Assembly: GCA_045562675.1 (NCBI GenBank)
Contig: JBJKVL010000011.1
Location: 21,092-85,091 of the forward strand
DNA length: 64,000 nt
Source of the DNA: Dehalococcoidia bacterium
GTDB lineage: Bacteria; Chloroflexota; Dehalococcoidia; UBA2979
Direction: 5' to 3'
The notes below the pieces were generated by a model. It was given only the letters and a program-made list of their open reading frames with translations. It was not told the DNA's origin and made no database searches. Of this stretch, positions 38,543 to 49,627 are shown in pieces. Every line of letters starts with the position of its first letter. The stretch's first letter is position 1. Position numbers and translations under genes: made by a program.

Positions 38543-39773
38543 TAAACGAGTCGTAGTTACCGGTATTGGAATGATAACTCCCGTTGGTAATTCCACTGAA
38601 GAAACATTCAATAGCTTAATCAATGGTAAGAGTGGCATTACTAAAGTAACATTATGTGACACATCAGATATAGAAGTTAAAATTGCTGGAGAAGTGAAAT
38701 TTGATCCTTCAAAATATCTTGACAATAAACAACAAAAAAGAATGGACCGATTTACACAGTTTGCTATTATTGCTGCAAATGAAGCAATAAATGACTCAAG
38801 TCTAAATATTAGTAAAATCAGTAATGAAATAGGTGTGATTATTGGTTGCGGCATCGGAGGACTTACAACCCTAGAAGAACAATATGATGTATTAAGAAAC
38901 AAAGGACCTCAAAGAGTATCACCTTTATTAGTGCCAATGTATATAGCTGATATGGCTGCAGGACAAATTTCTATTCAACATGGTGTAAAAGGCCCAAGTT
39001 TTGATACGGTTTCTGCATGTGCTTCAGGAACAGATGCTGTAGGGACAGCATATGAAATAATTAAAAGGGGTGATTCAATAGCAATGATTGCTGGAGGAGC
39101 TGAAGCTGCTATTACTAGACTAGGCCTATCAGCTTTTAGAGCATCACGCACACTATCAATCAAAGACAATGAAAGACCTGAAGAAGCATCTAAGCCTTTT
39201 GACAAAAATCGTGATGGCTTTGTATTAGCTGAAGGTGCATCTACTTTGATATTGGAAGAAAAAGAACATGCAGAAAAAAGAAATGCCAAGATATATGCCG
39301 AAGTTGTCTCATATAGTCAAACATCAGATGCTTTTCATATTACTCAGCCTTCTGAAAATGGTGAAGGAGCTGTTAGGGCTATGCAAAAAGCACTTCTTAA
39401 AGCAAATATTGATCCAGAAGCAATTAACTATATTAATGCTCATGGTACAAGTACTACATTAAATGATAAAAATGAAACTTCAGCAATAAAAAAAGTATTT
39501 TCCAAGCATGCATATGAAATACCAATTAATTCAACTAAGTCAATGATAGGGCATACACTTGGAGCTGCTGGAGCTATTGAAGCAGCTGTTACAGCTTTAA
39601 GTATAAAAAATCAAAAAGTGCATCCTACAATTAATCTAAAAAATCCTGATGAAGAATGTGATCTAGACTATGTCATTGAAGGTGATCGTAATATTCAAAT
39701 TGAATACGCGATGTCTAATTCATTTGGCTTCGGTGGGCATAACGGTGTTTTAATATTTAAGCAATATCAATAA
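38532..39773 (+). CDS. beta-ketoacyl-ACP synthase (KAS I/II family), second tandem copy
   Basis: MMTDKRVVVTGIGMITPVGN; active Cys in SACASGT; NAHGTSTT; SMIGHTLGA; GGHNG. Its start overlaps the upstream stop (ATGATGACTGA); the ORF track gives an alternative upstream start at 38490. Confidence 0.85.
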   Translation: MMTDKRVVVTGIGMITPVGNSTEETFNSLINGKSGITKVTLCDTSDIEVKIAGEVKFDPSKYLDNKQQKRMDRFTQFAIIAANEAINDSSLNISKISNEIGVIIGCGIGGLTTLEEQYDVLRNKGPQRVSPLLVPMYIADMAAGQISIQHGVKGPSFDTVSACASGTDAVGTAYEIIKRGDSIAMIAGGAEAAITRLGLSAFRASRTLSIKDNERPEEASKPFDKNRDGFVLAEGASTLILEEKEHAEKRNAKIYAEVVSYSQTSDAFHITQPSENGEGAVRAMQKALLKANIDPEAINYINAHGTSTTLNDKNETSAIKKVFSKHAYEIPINSTKSMIGHTLGAAGAIEAAVTALSIKNQKVHPTINLKNPDEECDLDYVIEGDRNIQIEYAMSNSFGFGGHNGVLIFKQYQ

Positions 39774-39774
39774 A

Positions 39775-41001
39775 TCAATCGATCAGCCTTAAAAATTTAA
39801 ATCGTCCAACACGAACTTCATCTCCGACATTCAAATAAACATCATCAGAAATTTTTTCATTGTTAACACTAATAGCGTTCTGTGTAATCAAACGTCTGCC
39901 TTCACTAATACTTTTAGCAAATTTTTGTCCATTAGGTAGCTTTGCTAGATTTAAAATACGTGATAATTTTCTTTCATCATCATTTATTTGTGATAATTGA
40001 AATTCAACCATTTCTGAAGGCGTTTCTCCTTTTTGAAAAGTATTTTCAAAATACGCTTTAGCCTGTTCTGCTTCAGTAATGGAAAAAATTTCAGTGATTA
40101 TTAATTCTGCTAACTTTTTTTTCAGATCTATTTTTAATAACTTTTTTGATTCAACATCCTCATATAATTGAGTTAATTCTTCATGACTAATATTAGTTAA
40201 CAAATTAAAATAATTTTTTATAGCTATATCAGGTATGGACATAATTTTGCCATACATTTCATTTGGAGGTTCATCTAGGCCTATTGAATTGCCAGTACTT
40301 TTTGACATACGTAATTTACCATCTGTTCCAACTAGAATTGGCAAGGTAACAATAATTTGAGGATTCTGGTCAAACTCTCTTTGAAGAATTCTACCTGCCA
40401 TTAAATTAAATAATTGATCGCTACCACCTATTTGAACATCAGCATTCAATTGCACTGCATCATATCCTTGCATCAGAGCATATAGAAATTCAGAAAGATA
40501 AATAGGATCCTGTGCTTTCCATCGCTTTGCAAAATTATCTCTTTCCAAAAATTGTGCAACAGTAAAATGAGAACATAGCTTGATAAATTCATTAGAAGAA
40601 ATAGATTCAAGCCATTCTTCGTTTGATCTTATATTTGTTAAGCTAGGATCAAGTATTTTATATGCCTGCCTCGTATATTCTTTAGAATTATTTTCCAATT
40701 GTTCCTTTGTTAACATTGGTCTTTTTTTATCTTTATCTGATGGATCGCCGATTAAGCCAGTAAAACCACCGATTAAAAAAGTAACCTTATGGCCTAATTG
40801 TTGAAAATCTCTTAATTTTCTCATTGTGATGATATGACCAAGAGTTAAATCAACGGCAGTTGGATCATATCCACAATAAACATTTAGCGGTCTGTCTTCT
40901 GATAATTTTATTTCTAATTCTTTTAGCATATTTGAGCGAAGTGTTTCATCACCAAATTCTGTATTACTCATCAAAAAATTTGCTTGTTCTTTATAGTTCA
41001 A
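39775..41001 (-). CDS. tyrS: tyrosine--tRNA ligase
   Basis: HIGH-type motif (TLGHI), KMSKS (RMSKS) and a C-terminal S4 domain. Confidence 0.92.
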   Translation of the reverse strand: MNYKEQANFLMSNTEFGDETLRSNMLKELEIKLSEDRPLNVYCGYDPTAVDLTLGHIITMRKLRDFQQLGHKVTFLIGGFTGLIGDPSDKDKKRPMLTKEQLENNSKEYTRQAYKILDPSLTNIRSNEEWLESISSNEFIKLCSHFTVAQFLERDNFAKRWKAQDPIYLSEFLYALMQGYDAVQLNADVQIGGSDQLFNLMAGRILQREFDQNPQIIVTLPILVGTDGKLRMSKSTGNSIGLDEPPNEMYGKIMSIPDIAIKNYFNLLTNISHEELTQLYEDVESKKLLKIDLKKKLAELIITEIFSITEAEQAKAYFENTFQKGETPSEMVEFQLSQINDDERKLSRILNLAKLPNGQKFAKSISEGRRLITQNAISVNNEKISDDVYLNVGDEVRVGRFKFLRLID

Positions 41002-41011
41002 AATTTTCTCT

Positions 41012-41932
41012 CTAATTTAATAATCTCTTTACTTCTTTAACATCAAGGTTGATCTGATTAATTAACTGGTCCTTATTATTAAATTGAATCTCCTCACGAA
41101 TAAATTCAAGAAGCGAAATAGTGACCTCTTTATCGTATGCATTACCATTATAATCAAATAAATGAGATTCTGCTAGTATTTTATCAACGCCAAATGTCGG
41201 CCGTGTTCCTACATTTACAATTGATTTATATTCATCACCATCAATTTTAGTAACAGAAGCATAAACTCCTTTTTTTGGTGTAATTAAATCTGGGCTTAAT
41301 GATAAATTTAAAGTTGGAAATCCTAACTGACGACCACGTTTTTCTCCTGACTCGACCATACCATCAATTGTAAAACTTGTTCCTAAAATTCTATTTGCTT
41401 TATCAATATTCCCATTAGTAATAAATTCTCTTATTTGACTTGAAGAAAATTTTGCTTTTGAATCACTTTGGAGTGGAATTTCTTGGATAGAAAATTCTAG
41501 TTCTTTCGAAATAGTTCTCAATTGAGCCAAATCTCCTTCTTGATTTTTTCCTAGGCGAAAATCCTCACCTACAACAAGTAATTGAAAATTTAATCGCTCT
41601 TTTAATTCTTTTAAAAATTCTTGTGCGCTAAACTGGCTTAATAAATTATCAAACTTTACAACACTTATAAAATCAATACCAGTTTGTTCCAGGCGTCTTA
41701 CTCTTCCTTCTAAGCTTTGCAAGCACTTAAAATTAAGATCTGGTCTTAAAATCTGTATAGGATGGGGGTCAAATGTTACAATCCCGCAACTTAATTTAGA
41801 TGTATTTTTATTTTGCATTAATTTATTAATTAAATATCTATGTCCTAAATGTACACCATCAAATACTCCAATAGTTATAGCAGTATTGTCAGACAGTTTG
41901 CCTAGTTGATTAATTACAATTTTTGTCAACAA
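41012..41932 (-). CDS. ribF: bifunctional riboflavin kinase / FMN adenylyltransferase
   Basis: GVFDGVHLGHRYLI N-terminus and a C-terminal riboflavin kinase domain. Confidence 0.9.
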   Translation of the reverse strand: MLTKIVINQLGKLSDNTAITIGVFDGVHLGHRYLINKLMQNKNTSKLSCGIVTFDPHPIQILRPDLNFKCLQSLEGRVRRLEQTGIDFISVVKFDNLLSQFSAQEFLKELKERLNFQLLVVGEDFRLGKNQEGDLAQLRTISKELEFSIQEIPLQSDSKAKFSSSQIREFITNGNIDKANRILGTSFTIDGMVESGEKRGRQLGFPTLNLSLSPDLITPKKGVYASVTKIDGDEYKSIVNVGTRPTFGVDKILAESHLFDYNGNAYDKEVTISLLEFIREEIQFNNKDQLINQINLDVKEVKRLLN

Positions 41933-41950
41933 ATTACCTCCAAGCTAATA

Positions 41951-42787
41951 TTAAAATTCATTGACTATCGATGATAATATCGTTTCATCAACACCATCTA
42001 ATTTATTTATAAGTATGGGGCCAAATTTGTTATCTTGAAAAACATTTACATAACCAACCTTTATTAATGTTAAGATGCATAAAAAATCGACAATGATTTG
42101 CTCTAGCGACGAAGCTTGTGAAATATAATCAAAGAAATCAATAGATTTATTAGTATTCAAGCGGTTAGTTAAAACACCTATTCTATCTGTAAATGAAATC
42201 TTTTCATTTAGACCCATAGCATTATTGTTGGTGTCTTGATTGAGTTTAATTCTTTCTACTGCTTGATTAAATAATACTGATAAGGCTTCTAGAGAAACTC
42301 CATCTAATGAATCTTCGAAATTCGAAACTTTTTCAAAAATATTTTCTCTGATATGGGACTGACCAGTGTATTCTAATTCTTTTAATTCTTGAATAATATC
42401 TTGGTAATTCTTTATTTCATTTAACGCACTAGAAAGATTGTCTAAATCTTCATCATGTTCATGATCTTGATCATTATCTAACTGATTCAATAATTCATCA
42501 GGAAGTAAGCTTCTAGACTTAATCAACATAATTCTTGAAGCTAATAAAAGAAAATTACTTAATTCCTGTGCATCAATGCTATTCTGTAAATCTAAAAATA
42601 ATAAATAATCTTTTATTATGTCAATAATTGCAATATCTAAAATATCAATTTCATTTTTTTCAATCACAAATAATAGAAGATTTAAGGGGCCATTAAACAC
42701 TTCAAGATTAACTTCGAAATCAATTTCATTATTCCGTGCTTGTTTTAATGTATTAATAAAGTCTGCTTGGTTTTCTTCAAGCAACAC
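41951..42787 (-). CDS. scpA: segregation and condensation protein A (kleisin)
   Basis: FEVNLEVFNGPLNLLLFVIEKNEIDILDI matches the ScpA N-terminus; no scpB follows. Confidence 0.8.
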   Translation of the reverse strand: MLLEENQADFINTLKQARNNEIDFEVNLEVFNGPLNLLLFVIEKNEIDILDIAIIDIIKDYLLFLDLQNSIDAQELSNFLLLASRIMLIKSRSLLPDELLNQLDNDQDHEHDEDLDNLSSALNEIKNYQDIIQELKELEYTGQSHIRENIFEKVSNFEDSLDGVSLEALSVLFNQAVERIKLNQDTNNNAMGLNEKISFTDRIGVLTNRLNTNKSIDFFDYISQASSLEQIIVDFLCILTLIKVGYVNVFQDNKFGPILINKLDGVDETILSSIVNEF

Positions 42788-42813
42788 AATGACCTTTCTT
42801 AAAATTCATGAAA

Positions 42814-43851
42814 CTAAGATTTACTTGGTAGCTCAGCCATAGGCCTACCAACCATATTAGCCAAATTTGAAGCTACCTTCATAAGGTTATCAAACGTATC
42901 GAGTTTAAGTGATTGTGGGCCATCAGATAATGCAAGCTCTGGATTTGGATGCACTTCAATCATTAAGCCATCAGCACCAACCGCTATACTAGCCAATGAC
43001 ATAGGTTCAACTAAATCCCATAATCCGGTCCCATGAGATGGATCAGAGATAACTGGTAAATGGCTAAGTTGTTTTACTAATGCAATAGCACTTAAATCAA
43101 GTGTGTTTCTTGTAGCTTTCTCAAATGTACGAATACCTCTTTCACATAATATTAAATTAGGATTATCTTGTGACAGAATATATTCAGATGCTAGTAACCA
43201 TTCCTCTATAGAACCTGAAAGGGCTCTTTTAAGCATGATTGGTTTGCCAGTTTTACCAACTTCATCTAAGAGAATAAAATTTTGCATATTTCTTGCACCA
43301 ATTTGTAATATATCGGAATATTGTGCCACTAATTCAACATCTCGAACTGATAAAACTTCAGTGATAACAGGCATATCAAATTCTTCTCTTGCTTCATATA
43401 AAAGCTTTAATCCTTCTTCTCCTAATCCGCGGAACGCATATGGAGAACTTCTTGGTTTAAAAGCTCCACCTCTTAGTACATGTGCTCCAGCAGCTTTGAC
43501 AGCATTTGCGGTCTCAAAAAGCTGATCTCTGCTTTCAATTGAACAAGGCCCTGCCATAACAACAAATTGATTTCCACCAACTTGGACATTAAAAGGTAAA
43601 TCCACCACTGTATTTTCTGGTTTAGTTTCTCTAGAAGATAATTTATAAGGTTTGGATATTCTAACAACAGATGCAACGCCTGGCATCCTGGACATTTCAT
43701 CTCGAAGTTCAGGATAGACATTGCCAACTACTGCAATAACTGTTTTTTCAGTTCCCTCTATTTGCTTACCTTGAAGACCACCGTCATCAAGACGCTTGTT
43801 AATGTCAGAAAGATTTTCTGGAGTAAAATCATTACTCATAATTATGATCAT
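42814..43851 (-). CDS. aroF: 3-deoxy-7-phosphoheptulonate (DAHP) synthase, type I-beta with N-terminal regulatory domain
   Basis: KDO8PS/DAHPS I-beta core ([13 protein letters not shown]..., [23 protein letters not shown]) preceded by a ~80 aa N-terminal extension. Confidence 0.88.
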   Translation of the reverse strand: MIIIMSNDFTPENLSDINKRLDDGGLQGKQIEGTEKTVIAVVGNVYPELRDEMSRMPGVASVVRISKPYKLSSRETKPENTVVDLPFNVQVGGNQFVVMAGPCSIESRDQLFETANAVKAAGAHVLRGGAFKPRSSPYAFRGLGEEGLKLLYEAREEFDMPVITEVLSVRDVELVAQYSDILQIGARNMQNFILLDEVGKTGKPIMLKRALSGSIEEWLLASEYILSQDNPNLILCERGIRTFEKATRNTLDLSAIALVKQLSHLPVISDPSHGTGLWDLVEPMSLASIAVGADGLMIEVHPNPELALSDGPQSLKLDTFDNLMKVASNLANMVGRPMAELPSKS

Positions 43852-43870
43852 ATTTATATCCTTAGATTAT

Positions 43871-44239
43871 TTAATCAGCCAAATCTGGACGCAAACTCTT
43901 TGCTCCCTTTAGATAAACATGCTTTATATTATTGTATCCTTGTTCTACGTTTACATGTAGTAGTATTCGAACACATTTTTCTAGACGATTAGGTACATCC
44001 ATTTCATGAGTGCACATCAAGGCAACATTTACCAAGCCGATATTTCTCGCTGCAACAGCTGGATATTCAGCATTCAAATCTTTTGTAGTACTAAAGAAGA
44101 TTGACGCTATATCAGCAATTGCAATATCGTTTAATTTAATAATTTCAGATAACAATTCTTCAGAACCCTTTATGATCATTCCTGAATCATTTTGATCTAT
44201 AGTTATTGCACCTCTGATGCCAATTAAAACTTTTGTCAT
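43871..44239 (-). CDS. aroH: chorismate mutase, AroH class (monofunctional, B. subtilis type)
   Basis: 122 aa; IRGAITID..., CTHEMDV and HVYLKGAKSLRPDL align with B. subtilis AroH. Confidence 0.85.
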   Translation of the reverse strand: MTKVLIGIRGAITIDQNDSGMIIKGSEELLSEIIKLNDIAIADIASIFFSTTKDLNAEYPAVAARNIGLVNVALMCTHEMDVPNRLEKCVRILLHVNVEQGYNNIKHVYLKGAKSLRPDLAD

Positions 44240-44272
44240 TAATAGATATTCTTTCTATTCATTAAGATAAAT

Positions 44273-45073
44273 TCATTCATTATTCACCTCAACTAAATTC
44301 TGTATAAATTCTGCTATTTTTCCATATTGATCTTTTTCTTGATTTGCTCTTATTGATTCAACAAACGCACTACCAACTACTGCTCCATCTGCAATCTTAC
44401 GAACGAATTCAATATGTTTCTTACTGGAAATACCAAAACCTATAACAATTGGGACTTTAGTATGAAGTTTAATTTTTTCAACAAAATGAATTAAATCTTC
44501 TGAAAAATTTTCTCTAACACCAGTAGTACCAGAAACACTAACACAATAAATAAACCCAGTGGCTTGTTTTGTAACATTTTCTATTCTTGCATCAGTAGAA
44601 GTAGGAGCAAGTAAAAAAATTTGATGCAAGCTATTTTCGCTACATAGTTCAGAAAAAATTTTTGATTCTTCAGGTGGTAAATCAACGACAATCACACCAT
44701 CTAAGCCAACTTCTTTAGCCTTATTCACAAAGTTTTGCAAGCCATATTGATGAATGGGATTAAAATAACTAAATGCTACAATTGGCTTTTCTATTTTCTT
44801 ATTCCTTAAAGTCTCAACTATTTTAAATAATTCTTGCATACTGGCTCCATTATTTAATGCCTCTTGATATGCTAGCTGATTGGTTGCACCGTCTGCTAAA
44901 GGATCACTAAATGGGACACCTAATTCAATAGCATGCGCACCAGCATCTAACGCATTTTCAACTATTTGGATAGTTTGATCCGCGGTTGGCCAATTTATAG
45001 GAATAAACGGTATAAGAGCAGTCTCGTTATTTAACGAAAGCGTATTAAACAGTGTATCAATTCTATTCATCAT
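44273..45073 (-). CDS. trpA: tryptophan synthase alpha chain
   Basis: LIPFIPINWP..., ELGVPFSDPLADG and GFGIS motifs. Confidence 0.9.
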   Translation of the reverse strand: MMNRIDTLFNTLSLNNETALIPFIPINWPTADQTIQIVENALDAGAHAIELGVPFSDPLADGATNQLAYQEALNNGASMQELFKIVETLRNKKIEKPIVAFSYFNPIHQYGLQNFVNKAKEVGLDGVIVVDLPPEESKIFSELCSENSLHQIFLLAPTSTDARIENVTKQATGFIYCVSVSGTTGVRENFSEDLIHFVEKIKLHTKVPIVIGFGISSKKHIEFVRKIADGAVVGSAFVESIRANQEKDQYGKIAEFIQNLVEVNNE

Positions 45074-45088
45074 ATTTTTCCTAAAAAA

Positions 45089-45784
45089 TTAAGAAGCAAA
45101 AAAGTACATCATACTCAAGCTATTTATACTTGCATGGGCAAATATAGAAGGCAGCAGTGATCCAGATTTTATCCTAGTATTAGCAAAAAGCCAACCAACT
45201 AACATAAAAGGAACTAATACTGTTAATTGCAAATGAAAAAGTGAAAAACTCACTCCGCTAATTAAAGCTGAGACTTGAATGGGAAAATGAGGCAGTAAGG
45301 CTTTAAATAAATAGCCTCTGAATAAAATTTCTTCAATTACAGGAGCATAAATGGTTATAGACAGAGTTATAAAAACCAATAAAATAACATTTTCATTTTT
45401 ACTAAATGGAAGTTCCTGCCCTGAATAATTTTCAATAGCATTTGTAACACCAAAAAATTCTAGCACATAAAGCAATAAGCCGTATAAAATAAATATTAGA
45501 TACGAACCAAATAGTGCAATAAAATAATATTTCCAAGAATTTGGAAGACTGAAACCGAAAAAATTATATGACAAATTTTTTTTAATACTGTATTTGAATA
45601 AAAATAATAAAACTGATATTTGCCAGGCAACTCCTAATATTGCAGCACTAAATGTAGGCGAGATACCAAAAAGACTTTCTATTGGGATCACTAAAATAGC
45701 AAGTAGAATCATATATAAAAAAAGGCTGAAGATTACAAGAGCAATTTCTTTTAATGGTATATATGTCATCATAAATACATTCAA
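45089..45784 (-). CDS. CPBP family intramembrane glutamic endopeptidase (CAAX protease/Abi family)
   Basis: Motifs [15 protein letters not shown] and HASINS on a polytopic membrane protein, embedded between trpB and trpA. Confidence 0.75.
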   Translation of the reverse strand: MNVFMMTYIPLKEIALVIFSLFLYMILLAILVIPIESLFGISPTFSAAILGVAWQISVLLFLFKYSIKKNLSYNFFGFSLPNSWKYYFIALFGSYLIFILYGLLLYVLEFFGVTNAIENYSGQELPFSKNENVILLVFITLSITIYAPVIEEILFRGYLFKALLPHFPIQVSALISGVSFSLFHLQLTVLVPFMLVGWLFANTRIKSGSLLPSIFAHASINSLSMMYFFAS

Positions 45785-46998
45785 TCAGTAAAAAAATTTA
45801 ACTGATTTGCAATGATATCCATATCTTTATCACCACGCCCACTTATATTTAAAACCAACAAAGAATCTGGATCAATTTTTTTTGATAATTCCTCTAAATA
45901 ACCAATTGCATGGGCGGTTTCAAGGGCAGGAATAATTCCTTCAGTGCTAGCTAGTAGCTCAACTCCTGCCAAAGCTTGTTCATCAGTAACACTAAAATAA
46001 CTTGTACGTTTCGTATCTTGTAACCAGGCATGTTCTGGTCCAACACCTGGATAATCTAGACCCGCTGAAATAGAATGCGCTTCTTCAATTTGTCCATCCT
46101 GATCTTGTAAGACCAAGGATTTTGCTCCATGCAAAATACCTAAGGTTCCAGCAGAAAGAGTTGCGGCATGTGCTTTATCAATTCCTTCTCCAGCAGCCTC
46201 CACGCCAATTAAATTTGTGTTTTTTTCATTAATAAACGGATAAAAAATACCTATAGCATTTGAGCCTCCGCCTACACATGCAAGAACATAATCAGGCAAT
46301 TTACCTTCATATTTTTTTATTTGTGTTTTAACTTCATTCCCAATGATTGATTGAAAATGCCTTACCATTTCAGGATAAGGATGTGGTCCTACGACGCTAC
46401 CAATTAAATAATGTGTATTATTAACATTCGTCACCCAATCTCTAATTGCTTCATTAATAGCATCTTTAAGTGTCATGGATCCTGAATTGACTTGTTCAAC
46501 TTCAGCCCCCAATAATTTCATACGAGCAACATTAATTTTTTGTCTTTCGTAGTCTTTAGAGCCCATATATATAACTGCTTCAATTCCTAATAAGGCACAA
46601 GCTGTCGCAGTTGCAACACCATGTTGTCCAGCTCCAGTTTCAGCTACTATCCGATTTTTACCCATTCGTTTAACTAATAAGGCTTGAGCAAGTGCAGCAT
46701 TGATTTTATGTGCACCTGTGTGACAAAGGTCTTCTCTTTTTAAATAAATTTTACAACCAATACGATTAGAAAGATTTTCTGCATAAGTTAATGGGGTCGG
46801 TCTACCGACATAAGTATTTAAAAGATGATTAAGTTCATTATTAAATGTTTTATCCTTTATTGCCGATCTAAAATTTTTTTCTAAATCATCAAGAGCAGGC
46901 ATCAAGGTTTCAGGCACAAACTTGCCTCCATATTCACCAAATCTACCTTCTTGATCTGGAAATTTTTTAGTCATCAAAGTCCCTAACCTTACTAACAA
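45781..46998 (-). CDS. trpB: tryptophan synthase beta chain
   Basis: PLP-dependent TrpB motifs ([16 protein letters not shown]). The likely true start is the internal Met ([23 protein letters not shown]), which would reduce the overlap with trpF to about 8 nt. Confidence 0.92.
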   Translation of the reverse strand: MLVRLGTLMTKKFPDQEGRFGEYGGKFVPETLMPALDDLEKNFRSAIKDKTFNNELNHLLNTYVGRPTPLTYAENLSNRIGCKIYLKREDLCHTGAHKINAALAQALLVKRMGKNRIVAETGAGQHGVATATACALLGIEAVIYMGSKDYERQKINVARMKLLGAEVEQVNSGSMTLKDAINEAIRDWVTNVNNTHYLIGSVVGPHPYPEMVRHFQSIIGNEVKTQIKKYEGKLPDYVLACVGGGSNAIGIFYPFINEKNTNLIGVEAAGEGIDKAHAATLSAGTLGILHGAKSLVLQDQDGQIEEAHSISAGLDYPGVGPEHAWLQDTKRTSYFSVTDEQALAGVELLASTEGIIPALETAHAIGYLEELSKKIDPDSLLVLNISGRGDKDMDIIANQLNFFTD

Positions 46999-47695
46999 AT
47001 TCTCTAATTAAACCGAAGTCCTTTGCACCATTTTTTTCAACCCCTGTTGAAACATCTAATCCCCATGGATCACAACTTTTCATTGCTAATTCTACATTAT
47101 CAATATTTAATCCGCCTGCAAGTATAAAAGGTATCTGAATCGACATATCTTTAATTATATTCCAGTTAAAAGATTTACCGGTTCCGCCTAGGCTCTCTGA
47201 ACTAATAGAGTCAAAAATTAAAGATAATGCAAAGCCTGCTCGAATTTTACTTTTGTAATATTCAGCATCTAAATTATTAATACCCAATGAGTATAAAGTT
47301 TTTCGATTAATCGCTAGTGCATCTTCAATATTGTATTCGCCAGCAAGTTGTACTAAATCAATACCTGTTTCTTCAATAATATCATTAATTTCACCAACAG
47401 ATTCTTTTGCAAAAATACCAACAGTTAGAGGTTTTTTAACTTTTATATAAGAGTCTAAAATCTCATGGCTTTGCTCAAACCATTTATTTGTTACTTTAAT
47501 AGAACTTTCTGGAAATATCGTATCTAAATTAAAATGATTTAACGGTTCGCCTAATGAATTTACGATTTGCTTAGCAGTTTGCACGTTAACTTTTCTTGAA
47601 GATTTTGTAAAAACCAACCCGATGAAATCAACACCAAGTTCTTTACAAAATTCTGCTGTTGCGACATCTTTAATTCCACAAATTTTTATTTTCAT
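46967..47695 (-). CDS. trpF: phosphoribosylanthranilate isomerase
   Basis: MKIKICGIK...[12 protein letters not shown]-barrel PRAI signature. Confidence 0.85.
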   Translation of the reverse strand: MKIKICGIKDVATAEFCKELGVDFIGLVFTKSSRKVNVQTAKQIVNSLGEPLNHFNLDTIFPESSIKVTNKWFEQSHEILDSYIKVKKPLTVGIFAKESVGEINDIIEETGIDLVQLAGEYNIEDALAINRKTLYSLGINNLDAEYYKSKIRAGFALSLIFDSISSESLGGTGKSFNWNIIKDMSIQIPFILAGGLNIDNVELAMKSCDPWGLDVSTGVEKNGAKDFGLIREFVSKVRDFDD

Positions 47696-47701
47696 GATAA
47701 T

Positions 47702-48568
47702 TTACTCTACTATCATAAAGGATTGAATTTTTTTTGATACTTTTTCTTGATTGAAGCCTCCTGCAATAAATGCTTCTCCTACTAAAATCCCATCAACATG
47801 ATAATTCAATAATTTCCTGACATCTTGAGTTGTTCGAATACCTGATTCAGAAATTATTACAATATCATTTGGTGTGTATTGAGATAGTTCAATAGTTAAA
47901 TCTAAATTTTCAGAAAAATCATCCAAATTTCTATTATTAATACCGATTAATTTTGCACCAATATCTATGGCCTGTAACAATTCCTCTTTATTATGTACTT
48001 CAATTAATGCTTCCATGCCTAATTCTTTACCATGATTCATGAGGTCTACTAATTGCTTTTTATCTAATATTTTTGAAATTAATAAAAAAGCATCTGCTCC
48101 ATTTATATATGATTCATACACTTGAAATGGATCTATAATAAAATCTTTCCTCAAAATTGCTGGTCGTTCATTATTGTACTTATTAATCAAATATTCATAA
48201 CAAGATTTAAGGTCAGTTAAATTACCTAAAAAATAATCTGGTTCTGTAAGTATTGAAATGCCTGAAACTCCATTAGAAGCATAAACATTTGCAACTGCAA
48301 TGGCATCAAAGTGTTTATCAAAAATTCCTTTTGATGGAGAGGCTCTTTTAATCTCAGCTATCAAGCCAATCTGTGATAAGTGAGCATTAAATGATGATTT
48401 CTGCATAATTCTTTCAGATAAACTAATAATCACTCTTGATTCTTTTTTTGCTAAATTAACCATATCTTGGATTGAAGTAGATTTCTTTTTTTCATGCAAA
48501 TGGCTTTTAACTTTACTAACTATTTCATCTAAAATTGTGTCTGTTTTTTTTATCATTTTATAATCCAA
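47702..48568 (-). CDS. trpC: indole-3-glycerol phosphate synthase
   Basis: IAEIKRASPSKG and IGINNRNL motifs. Confidence 0.9.
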   Translation of the reverse strand: MDYKMIKKTDTILDEIVSKVKSHLHEKKKSTSIQDMVNLAKKESRVIISLSERIMQKSSFNAHLSQIGLIAEIKRASPSKGIFDKHFDAIAVANVYASNGVSGISILTEPDYFLGNLTDLKSCYEYLINKYNNERPAILRKDFIIDPFQVYESYINGADAFLLISKILDKKQLVDLMNHGKELGMEALIEVHNKEELLQAIDIGAKLIGINNRNLDDFSENLDLTIELSQYTPNDIVIISESGIRTTQDVRKLLNYHVDGILVGEAFIAGGFNQEKVSKKIQSFMIVE

Positions 48569-49606
48569 TTATTCAGAAACACTTTTTTGAGTAAAGCCTA
48601 TAAAAGCAGCAACTTTAGCGGCTGCATCACCATCCTCTATAACGGTATTCGCAAGTTCTATTCCGTTAGCAATAGAACTTGCATGGCCAGTGACATACAA
48701 AGCAGCGCCCGCGTTGATACATATAAAGTCTAAATATTCTAATGGTCCATTGCCTGATAGAACATTTCGAAAAATTTCTACATTTTCATTAGATGATTTA
48801 CTTTCAACTTTTTTTATATCATGTATTTTAAGACCAAAATCAGAAGGATGAATTGAATATGAACTCAGTATATTGTTTTTTATTTCAAAAATATGAGTTT
48901 CACCCATAATAGAAATCTCATCTATCCCTTCATTCCCAGTGACAACTAGACCGTGGCGAATATTCATGTTTGTTAAGGCATTTGCCATTTTCTCTGCAAT
49001 CTCTATTGAACCCGTCCCAAGAATTCTGCAATTTGCTTGTGCTGGATTAGTTAAAGGTCCTAATAAATTAAATATTGTTCTAAATCCTAAGGACTTTCTT
49101 ATATGTGCGACATATTTCATAGCTGGATGAAAGCTTTGGGCAAACATAAATCCAATGCCTGTTTTTTTGATACATTGGCTTACTGAATGAGGATTTAAAT
49201 CAATTTTTGCACCAAGTGCTTCTAAAAAATCTGCTGAACCAGATTTTGATGTCATAGCTCGATTTCCATGCTTTGCAACATTTGCCCCTGCTGCAGATGC
49301 AACAAAAGCTGCTGCAGTTGAAACATTAAATGTTTTGATTGTCGCACCACCAGTACCACATGTATCCAGAAGAGGATAATCTACTTGCCCAACTGTAAGA
49401 CACTGCTCTTGCATAACTTTTACCATGCCATTTATTTCTGAGATGCTTTCACTTTTGTTTGCTAAGCAAGTAAGTAGTTCAGCGATTTCATCATCATCAG
49501 CCTGCCCAATCATAATATCATTCAATGCTTCATAAGCCTCATTTTCATTAAGATCTCGTTGATCGTTTGTGATTATGTTAATTGCATTTAAAACATTTTT
49601 AGACAT
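48569..49606 (-). CDS. trpD: anthranilate phosphoribosyltransferase
   Basis: DTCGTGG and NVSTAAAFVASAAG motifs. Confidence 0.9.
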   Translation of the reverse strand: MSKNVLNAINIITNDQRDLNENEAYEALNDIMIGQADDDEIAELLTCLANKSESISEINGMVKVMQEQCLTVGQVDYPLLDTCGTGGATIKTFNVSTAAAFVASAAGANVAKHGNRAMTSKSGSADFLEALGAKIDLNPHSVSQCIKKTGIGFMFAQSFHPAMKYVAHIRKSLGFRTIFNLLGPLTNPAQANCRILGTGSIEIAEKMANALTNMNIRHGLVVTGNEGIDEISIMGETHIFEIKNNILSSYSIHPSDFGLKIHDIKKVESKSSNENVEIFRNVLSGNGPLEYLDFICINAGAALYVTGHASSIANGIELANTVIEDGDAAAKVAAFIGFTQKSVSE

Positions 49607-49627
49607 ACTAATCTCCGATATCTGAAA

